Below are positions 8,727 through 14,201 of a stretch of DNA of 59,930 bases, one piece after another. The position numbers and the translations under genes are program-made. Below the pieces are notes generated by a model. That model saw only the letters and a list, made by a program, of their open reading frames with translations. It ran no database searches and was not told where the DNA came from. Source of the stretch: a virus (taxonomy: Duplodnaviria; Caudoviricetes). The DNA is taken from the IMG/VR virus record IMGVR_UViG_3300035195_000113, positions 1 through 59,930 of that record. The stretch is one strand, 5' to 3'. The stretch's first letter is position 1. Each line of letters starts with the position of its first letter.

Positions 8727-9215
8727 TTATTGGTCTAGCGAATTCTGTTTTAAACATGGGTCTAAGGGGTTTTTACTCCAATCAGTGTATTCAAAGCCAT
8801 CATTAGTCCATTTATCTATAACAGACTGTACTTTGTTTACAAAAACACACGAGTTTTCATGGTTATTCCAACAACTTATGTAAACGTCTGGCTTACCTAC
8901 CCACATAATATAAGTATAGTGATGATCTATATTATCTACACTAGGATATAGGTATTGACTATTGTAATGAAAGTCTTTAACTAAGTGAGCTGCAATTCTT
9001 GAAGCATCACCAAAGTTAGTAAAACCTTTAACGTCTTGCATGTGTTTAACCCATTTAGCTAGCTGTACACCTTGGTATTCAGGGTAACCGTCGTGATGTA
9101 AATACATATTTACATAGCTTTTGTCACTGACCTCGCTAGGGTGTATAGCAAAACCATCTACATATTTGCTAGATTCTGATCTATGGACTACCATAGTTAC
9201 GTTTCTTGTACTCAT
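8727..9215 (-). CDS. Conserved phage hypothetical protein (YxHxDGYP motif)
   Basis: MSTR...MYLHHDGYPEYQG. Confidence 0.75.
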   Translation of the reverse strand: MSTRNVTMVVHRSESSKYVDGFAIHPSEVSDKSYVNMYLHHDGYPEYQGVQLAKWVKHMQDVKGFTNFGDASRIAAHLVKDFHYNSQYLYPSVDNIDHHYTYIMWVGKPDVYISCWNNHENSCVFVNKVQSVIDKWTNDGFEYTDWSKNPLDPCLKQNSLDQ

Positions 9216-9216
9216 A

Positions 9217-9357
9217 TTATTTAAATTTAGCTGCGACTTCTCTTATTTCTGCCTTGTCATCTGCATCCATTCCAGGTGTTTGTTGTGCGTACATTCTTAA
9301 TACATAATGTACAAAAGTGCAGTCGTTTTCTGTTAGTTTTATATTTCTTGTTGCCAT
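9217..9357 (-). CDS. 46-aa hypothetical protein
   Basis: MATRNIKLTENDCTFVHYVLRMYAQQ...; fills the gap exactly. Confidence 0.6.
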   Translation of the reverse strand: MATRNIKLTENDCTFVHYVLRMYAQQTPGMDADDKAEIREVAAKFK

Positions 9358-9358
9358 A

Positions 9359-9862
9359 CTATTCGTTGTTTGCTAATAAGTTTAACAAATCTACTGAAGT
9401 TTGTTCGTCTGTAGGTAAGTCTTCATAGCCTTCGTCAAGTAGTTCTTCTTTAACCTTTTCAGTATAGAATTCTACTAGTTCTATATATAAATCTCTAATA
9501 GCATCTTGCAACCAATAGTTGTCGTCATGTATATCATCTACATATATTTTAGCATCACCATGATCAGCGTCGTATACCGCTTGTTTAAATTCACCTGCAA
9601 GATCACTATCATAATAGAACACATGCTCATTAACGCTTATCTTGCTAGTGTCATATGTACTAACCCACACACCATAACCGTCTGCTGTAGTTTCTTCATA
9701 TATAAAGTGATCGCACTCATTACACCAGTCATCTGTTATTTCTAAATCGTAGTGTTTACATACCATAGCTTTAATATGTTCTTCATCGTGTGAATCAACT
9801 TCACCGTAACCTTTTTTGATTAATCTTTCTTCGATTAACTCATCTGTTATAAATTTACTCAT
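9359..9862 (-). CDS. Highly acidic early protein (possible DNA mimic)
   Basis: About 45 D/E versus about 12 K/R in 167 aa (hand count). Confidence 0.7.
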   Translation of the reverse strand: MSKFITDELIEERLIKKGYGEVDSHDEEHIKAMVCKHYDLEITDDWCNECDHFIYEETTADGYGVWVSTYDTSKISVNEHVFYYDSDLAGEFKQAVYDADHGDAKIYVDDIHDDNYWLQDAIRDLYIELVEFYTEKVKEELLDEGYEDLPTDEQTSVDLLNLLANNE

Positions 9863-10074
9863 ATTTCTTTATTTATTATTTTATCTATTTTGTTTATTAA
9901 GTAATCTTTGTCTGACATATTACCATAGTATTCTTTTAATGACCAAGCTATATCCTGTAGTTTATCTTCTAACGCAGTAATATATATTTTATCATCTATC
10001 TTAATAGGCATTTGTCTTGGTTCTATTATACCTTCGTCTACCATTTCGTAGTATTTTTTTACTGAATCGCTCAT
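9859..10074 (-). CDS. Hypothetical protein
   Basis: ORF in a coupled early operon. Confidence 0.7.
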   Translation of the reverse strand: MSDSVKKYYEMVDEGIIEPRQMPIKIDDKIYITALEDKLQDIAWSLKEYYGNMSDKDYLINKIDKIINKEI

Positions 10075-10307
10075 TACTTAACAAGTTTATCGCCATACAT
10101 AAAGCTATTCCACTCTAGTCTAAATGAATCTGTGTCAGTATATGTAAGAAGATCTCTCATTTCATTGATAGTTAAGTCAGACCATGAGAATTTAGACATT
10201 AATACATACTTTAGTCTTTTAGCAGTACTATACTTTCTAGCACTAGCTTGTAATTTTGTTTTAACGTCGGGCAATAGATTGTCGTAGACGGTTTTAAGTT
10301 TACTCAT
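10074..10307 (-). CDS. Hypothetical protein
   Basis: ORF directly downstream of promoter copy 2. Confidence 0.7.
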   Translation of the reverse strand: MSKLKTVYDNLLPDVKTKLQASARKYSTAKRLKYVLMSKFSWSDLTINEMRDLLTYTDTDSFRLEWNSFMYGDKLVK

Positions 10308-10332
10308 ATTATTATTATATTTAATTGTTTAT

Positions 10333-10367
10333 TATATTATCCACAACCATTCGTATTATGTTTGTAA
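10333..10367 (-). promoter_or_regulatory. Early promoter-like motif, copy 2
   Basis: TTACAAACATAATACGA-N7-TGGATAATA. Confidence 0.8.
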
Positions 10368-10374
10368 ATGTTAG

Positions 10375-10448
10375 GTGCGCAGGAAGGATTCGAACCTTCG
10401 ACCTCGAGTTTATGAGACTCGCGAGCTAACCATCTGCTCTACCGCGCA
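10375..10448 (-). tRNA. tRNA with CAT anticodon (Met; atypical initiator-like)
   Basis: Acceptor TGCGCGG/CTGCGCA, D arm GAGC/GCTC, anticodon arm CGAGT-CTCATAA-ACTCG, T arm GAAGG-TTCGAAT-CCTTC; no encoded CCA. Confidence 0.9.
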
Positions 10449-10456
10449 ATGTTTAG

Positions 10457-10563
10457 TGGAGGTGGGCGGAATCGAACCGCCGTTAGACACCTTTGCTAGC
10501 GTATCGATGCAATTAAGTTCATTTATACGTGTCGCCGCGGTCGTCTCTGACCTTATCACCCCC
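10457..10563 (-). ncRNA. Miniature tmRNA-like RNA (107 nt)
   Basis: Acceptor GGGGGTG/CACCTCC-A with G3:U70, stemless D-loop analogue ATAAGGTCAG, helix AGAC/GTCT, 3-nt linker AAC, T arm GGCGG-TTCGATT-CCGCC. Confidence 0.65.
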
Positions 10564-10567
10564 TTAG

Positions 10568-10654
10568 TAACTAGTTAAGGAATCGAACCTTAATACCGTC
10601 GTAGTAATGAACTCTGTTTAATTTAATAACACCTGTTGCATCCATACCTAGTTA
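10568..10654 (-). ncRNA. tRNA-like RNA (acceptor and T arm, irregular core)
   Basis: TAACTAG/CTAGTTA stem, T arm TAAGG-TTCGATT-CCTTA, followed by CTA; abuts the tmRNA-like element. Confidence 0.55.
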
Positions 10655-10694
10655 TTAGTCATCGTTAGTTTTTCTGTGAAGTACTCGCCTGACA

Positions 10695-10883
10695 TTATTT
10701 TCTACGCCAAGCTCTGTGCACTGATGCACTTACTTCTTGACTTACTATTTGTATTGTATTACCTGTTTTGTGCTCGATAATAGGTACGTAAGAGTATGTT
10801 TGTGTTGTACTACAAGGCATACATGTTTTATAACCTAATGTTAATCTTACTGGGTGTACTTTATCTCCGCATTTACAATACAT
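10695..10883 (-). CDS. C4 zinc-finger protein (DksA/TraR-type finger)
   Basis: CKCGDKVHPVRLTLGYKTCMPC. Confidence 0.65.
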   Translation of the reverse strand: MYCKCGDKVHPVRLTLGYKTCMPCSTTQTYSYVPIIEHKTGNTIQIVSQEVSASVHRAWRRK

Positions 10884-10908
10884 AATTTATATTTTTATTT
10901 GTTACAGT

Positions 10909-10943
10909 TATATTATCCAAACTCATTCGTATTACGTTTGTAA
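10909..10943 (-). promoter_or_regulatory. Early promoter-like motif, copy 3
   Basis: TTACAAACGTAATACGA-N7-TGGATAATA. Confidence 0.8.
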
Positions 10944-11108
10944 TAATTTGTTTAACGCTACGTTGATTACATACTGTTTAGCTTCATTGTAGGCATCACC
11001 TTCAAGTTCTACTTCAGACATCTGCCAATCTACACTATCTTCTATTATTTCCATCATATGATCCGCTACACCTTGTGCTATCGTATCTAGTTCTTTCATT
11101 TTACTCAT
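10932..11108 (-). CDS. 58-aa acidic protein
   Basis: MSKMKELDTIAQGVADHMMEIIEDSVDWQ...; TAATG coupling. Confidence 0.6.
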   Translation of the reverse strand: MSKMKELDTIAQGVADHMMEIIEDSVDWQMSEVELEGDAYNEAKQYVINVALNKLLQT

Positions 11109-11395
11109 TATATACAGTTATTATTATTAAAGTTTAGTAAGTGTTGTACTCTGTCTACACATTTACATATTATATCTCTTTTGTAGAAGTAGTTTGTACC
11201 TATAAATCCTTTGTAGTAATCTGGCGTTGTTACCTTTACTAGTTTGTTAATTTGATACATAGTTTTTCTACCATGATACATGTTTCTACCTTTAGTTTGG
11301 ACTCTTACATAACCACTTTCGTAACAAGCACCTAATCTTCCATCGCTCAATCTAAAATGTAGAGCTCCACTTTTTGTAATTTTTATTAGTTTCAT
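11108..11395 (-). CDS. Hypothetical basic protein
   Basis: ORF in a coupled early operon. Confidence 0.65.
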   Translation of the reverse strand: MKLIKITKSGALHFRLSDGRLGACYESGYVRVQTKGRNMYHGRKTMYQINKLVKVTTPDYYKGFIGTNYFYKRDIICKCVDRVQHLLNFNNNNCI

Positions 11396-11646
11396 AATGT
11401 TTTTCTTATTAGTATTAACTGACTAGTGTCAAATTTCTTATGTGTATCACGCCACATTTTGTTGTGTGTGAACTTTCTAGCTTTAGAAAACGTAGATTTC
11501 TGACCTGTTTTAACTCTATTCCATTCGCTATCAGTTAAACCTGAGTGCATAGTATAATGAGAATGCTTTCGCCTGTGTTCGCTACCTTGTAACTTTCTCT
11601 GATTTTTAGAGTATTCACACAGTTCTTTCATATTACTTGGGTACAT
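11392..11646 (-). CDS. Hypothetical basic protein
   Basis: ORF in a coupled early operon. Confidence 0.65.
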   Translation of the reverse strand: MYPSNMKELCEYSKNQRKLQGSEHRRKHSHYTMHSGLTDSEWNRVKTGQKSTFSKARKFTHNKMWRDTHKKFDTSQLILIRKTL

Positions 11647-11809
11647 AAGTTAAACCTTGATAGTTAAACCATTCTGTTATACCTTCGTTGTCGTTATCTT
11701 CATTGTATATGAAGGCAAACTTTTTAGGTAGATTACTAATACTATAACCTTTATAAGTTATATTATTTAGTTTAATTGTTGATGAGTTGATAAATTTAAT
11801 TGATTTCAT
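11633..11809 (-). CDS. 58-aa hypothetical protein
   Basis: MKSIKFINSSTIKLNNITYKGY...; first ATG after promoter copy 4. Confidence 0.6.
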   Translation of the reverse strand: MKSIKFINSSTIKLNNITYKGYSISNLPKKFAFIYNEDNDNEGITEWFNYQGLTYVPK

Positions 11810-11822
11810 ATTGTATATTTAT

Positions 11823-11857
11823 TATATTATCCATTACTATTCGTATTTGGTTTGTAA
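11823..11857 (-). promoter_or_regulatory. Early promoter-like motif, copy 4
   Basis: TTACAAACCAAATACGA-N7-TGGATAATA. Confidence 0.8.
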
Positions 11858-11971
11858 TAACATAGATTCTAAGTTACTATTATTATACCTTGACCAGTAT
11901 TGTCTTTCTACGGCTTCAATTTGAGCTCGTGAGATCTTAATTATCTTGTGATGTGAGTGCTTTCTTTTCAT
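11837..11971 (-). CDS. 44-aa hypothetical protein
   Basis: MKRKHSHHKIIKISRAQIEAVERQYW...; ATGA coupling. Confidence 0.5.
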   Translation of the reverse strand: MKRKHSHHKIIKISRAQIEAVERQYWSRYNNSNLESMLLQTKYE

Positions 11972-12192
11972 CTGTAGTCAACATTAAGTTTAATATTTGC
12001 CGCGGTTGCTTGTCTGAACTGCCACTCTCGCTTGCGATATTCGTGATTAGTACACCATTTACGCCACGCTTTACTTACAGTATTATTAGTACCATATTTA
12101 GCTTCGAACTCTTCAACTTGTTTAAGTTTAGCGTCGATCTGTTCTTGAGGGTAATCGTTATATTGTTTCATATTAGTAACCGAATTTGTCAT
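11968..12192 (-). CDS. Hypothetical protein (true start may be 12171)
   Basis: ORF track; coupled early operon. Confidence 0.65.
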   Translation of the reverse strand: MTNSVTNMKQYNDYPQEQIDAKLKQVEEFEAKYGTNNTVSKAWRKWCTNHEYRKREWQFRQATAANIKLNVDYR

Positions 12193-12295
12193 ATACTTTT
12201 AGAACTTCTGACTGTTCTTTGTTAGTAAGGTTAAACACATTTTTTTCTGGGAATAGTTTATTAGCTATTCTAATTAAAGCTGATTGATTATACAT
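12173..12295 (-). CDS. 40-aa hypothetical protein
   Basis: MYNQSALIRIANKLFPEKNVFNLT... Confidence 0.5.
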   Translation of the reverse strand: MYNQSALIRIANKLFPEKNVFNLTNKEQSEVLKVYDKFGY

Positions 12296-12299
12296 ATTA

Positions 12300-12437
12300 T
12301 TATTTTTTATTAGTTAATTTATAGAACTCTATTCTGTTAAGAACATCTTGTCTAGTTATTTTATTTTCCATTTGTTGACCGATATAGTAAGACATATCTA
12401 TTTCTTTACCGTTATCGCAAGTTAAAATCCATTGCAT
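12300..12437 (-). CDS. 45-aa hypothetical protein
   Basis: MQWILTCDNGKEIDMSYY...; first ATG after promoter copy 5. Confidence 0.55.
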   Translation of the reverse strand: MQWILTCDNGKEIDMSYYIGQQMENKITRQDVLNRIEFYKLTNKK

Positions 12438-12457
12438 ATTATTATTTATTAGTTATT

Positions 12458-12492
12458 ATTATTATCCATTAGTGATCGTATTTAGTTTGTAA
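12458..12492 (-). promoter_or_regulatory. Early promoter-like motif, copy 5
   Basis: TTACAAACTAAATACGA-N7-TGGATAATA. Confidence 0.8.
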
Positions 12493-12579
12493 TTAAACAT
12501 AACCACCTAACAATTCAAGTAATGTTTCAAGTGTGATTTCACCTGATCTATACATAGTTATGAAATCTTGATTATCCAT
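12493..12579 (-). CDS. 28-aa microprotein
   Basis: MDNQDFITMYRSGEITLETLLELLGGYV; overlaps the upstream stop. Confidence 0.4.
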   Translation of the reverse strand: MDNQDFITMYRSGEITLETLLELLGGYV

Positions 12580-12721
12580 ATATTCCAAAGCTTGTTGGTG
12601 AACCATTTTGTATCATATCTATTATTAGAGCGATAGAACCAAAGATTACTAATCCTACTTGTGAGTATACCCACACTCCTATTACTATATTCATTATCTT
12701 ATTGTGATGAAATTTTCTCAT
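12572..12721 (-). CDS. 49-aa single-pass membrane microprotein
   Basis: MRKFHHNKIMNIVIGVWVYSQVGLVIFGSIALIIDMIQNG... Confidence 0.55.
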   Translation of the reverse strand: MRKFHHNKIMNIVIGVWVYSQVGLVIFGSIALIIDMIQNGSPTSFGIYG

Positions 12722-12741
12722 AGTTTATTTATTTATTTTAT

Positions 12742-12785
12742 TAGTTGTAGTGTGAGAATCGAACTCACATAAACCATTACTACAT
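12742..12785 (-). ncRNA. tRNA minihelix-like element
   Basis: TGTAGT/ACTACA stem, 10-nt linker, T arm GTGAG-TTCGATT-CTCAC, then A-CTA. Confidence 0.55.
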
Positions 12786-12888
12786 TGATCTCACCAGTTT
12801 GTGTACTATTCTGGTTCGGTGAGTCACCATTACTTGTTAACATTTTTATACTTATAGAGACAAGTGGAACATAAAGTTTATTGATAGT

Positions 12889-13119
12889 TTACTGTACTTC
12901 GACTATCTCTCTTGCGATTACTGGAACACTAGTGGAAGAAGTGTAAGATTTGTACTTTAAGAAACAGTTCATAGTTTCTAGTTTTGACTTCATTACTTCA
13001 TATACTTTATCATGATTGTAAGTGACTGACTTACCTGATTTGAAGTTAACAGTGATTGTTTGATTTTTACCGATTAGTGATTGTCTGATGACGAATCTTT
13101 TTGAAATTAAGTTACTCAT
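12889..13119 (-). CDS. Hypothetical protein, first gene of the early arm
   Basis: ORF downstream of promoter copy 6. Confidence 0.75.
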   Translation of the reverse strand: MSNLISKRFVIRQSLIGKNQTITVNFKSGKSVTYNHDKVYEVMKSKLETMNCFLKYKSYTSSTSVPVIAREIVEVQ

Positions 13120-13165
13120 AGTTGTAAGAATTATTTAGTTATTATTATTATTTATTTGTTACATA

Positions 13166-13200
13166 GATATTATCCATTTACAATCGTATTATGTATGTAA
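13166..13200 (-). promoter_or_regulatory. Early promoter-like motif, copy 6
   Basis: TTACATACATAATACGA-N7-TGGATAATA. Confidence 0.8.
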
Positions 13201-13230
13201 AAAGTATATGAATTGTTTAGTAGTAGAATA

Positions 13231-13326
13231 TGACAGTATGTCACTGCGCACTATGTCAATATGTCTAGTTCACATTAGTTTATGTGTCATGTCATTATGT
13301 CATATCAGTGTCATGACAATGTGTCA
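13231..13326. repeat. Cluster of TGTCA/TGACA pentamers (iteron-like)
   Basis: 7 TGTCA and 2 TGACA in 96 bp, including two TGACA-N3-TGTCA palindromes (13231, 13314). Confidence 0.8.
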
Positions 13327-13339
13327 CGATGTAGTGAAA

Positions 13340-13500
13340 TACGTGGAATGTTAGGACAGGACGAGCGAGGTGAGCTGTGGCGGGTTAGGTGGAGGCTGCA
13401 TATACGGTGGGAATCGGGGATTGTAGGCGGGGCTGGTGAAAAACTTTTGACTTTGGTTTTAGTGCGAGTGGCCGGGGGGAGGGGGGATACGCAGTACCTC
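13340..13500 (+). other. G-rich non-coding tract at the strand switch (candidate origin or terminus)
   Basis: Strong G skew with several G3-G6 runs, including GGGGGGAGGGGGG, in an otherwise AT-rich genome. Confidence 0.6.
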
Positions 13501-13525
13501 TAATTATCTAATACTTTTCAAAAAG

Positions 13526-13572
13526 TATGACAATAGCCTATAAGTATATATAAGTAACTATCTAGTGTCACA
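13526..13572 (+). repeat. 47-bp element, copy 2
   Basis: 38/47 identical to the reverse complement of 6545-6591. Confidence 0.85.
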
Positions 13573-13592
13573 CTTTAAAACTTCTTAAAACT

Positions 13593-13603
13593 ATGTGATT
13601 ATA
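13593..13603 (+). promoter_or_regulatory. Putative late promoter motif ATGTGATTATA
   Basis: Heads the plus-strand arm; similar to 5155, 34293 and 52695. Confidence 0.4.
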
Positions 13604-13608
13604 GTGAT

Positions 13609-13845
13609 ATGGCAAAGAAAGAACCAGGAAACTCACAAGGATTATCCCCTACTGCTTTAAAAGATAAGAGAGAAAGAGACAAAGCAATGGCTATGACGCC
13701 TAGACGTACAGCTATGAGATCCCAAAACCAGTCAATCGGCCAAACCTCAACTAGAGATATTCATCACGTAAATGGAGTCGCTGGTAAAACAATATACCAG
13801 TCAATATCTCAGAACAGAGACACAAGTAAAGAAAGAAACGCTTAA
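13609..13845 (+). CDS. Small basic protein, possible degenerate HNH
   Basis: RDIHHVNG...SISQNR. Confidence 0.55.
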   Translation: MAKKEPGNSQGLSPTALKDKRERDKAMAMTPRRTAMRSQNQSIGQTSTRDIHHVNGVAGKTIYQSISQNRDTSKERNA

Positions 13846-13889
13846 AGACAGCGTACCCGGCAATTTTGCCACAACCTAAATACCATATA

Positions 13890-14180
13890 ATGACGTATTT
13901 TTATTACAAGACTAACACGTGGAATAGTCAACCACAAGTAACCGAAGACCAAATAGAACTTTGGAAACACCTCGCAGCCAAAAAGAACTGGAGGATTGTA
14001 CAATTACCTAATGGATTTTACCAAACAGAATACAAGGATGTCGATTCAGAACAATGGAACGATGTTACTCGTAGAGAAACCTTAGAAGGAGCTGAACAAG
14101 CAATTGATGGAAGCATCGATCACTACAGTAAAAAGCTAGAGTTTTTAAAAGGACCTAAAGTAATTAAAACATTTAAATAA
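13890..14180 (+). CDS. Hypothetical protein
   Basis: ORF; ATG 13890 preferred over TTG 13866. Confidence 0.75.
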   Translation: MTYFYYKTNTWNSQPQVTEDQIELWKHLAAKKNWRIVQLPNGFYQTEYKDVDSEQWNDVTRRETLEGAEQAIDGSIDHYSKKLEFLKGPKVIKTFK

Positions 14181-14201
14181 TACTTAATACAATTTAATCT
14201 A

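Noticed and set aside
10457-10563. Ordinary tRNA-Ala, or full-length tmRNA
   Set aside because: No D stem or 7-nt anticodon loop for a tRNA; far too short and without the pseudoknot region for a standard tmRNA; no separate coding piece seen nearby
10375-10578. Plus-strand 67-aa ORF
   Set aside because: Antisense shadow of the tRNA and tmRNA-like genes
10600-12784. 10-11 nt complementarity between two tRNA-like elements (CATTACTACG versus TGTAGTAATG)
   Set aside because: Short, includes G:U pairs and competes with the minihelix stem; could be chance
8681-13200. The 35-bp repeats as a CRISPR array
   Set aside because: Spacing is hundreds to over a thousand bp with ORFs between copies; the centre is variable; no cas genes
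13282-13503. Plus-strand 73-aa ORF
   Set aside because: Spans the TGTCA repeats and G-rich tract; composition unlike the phage's genes
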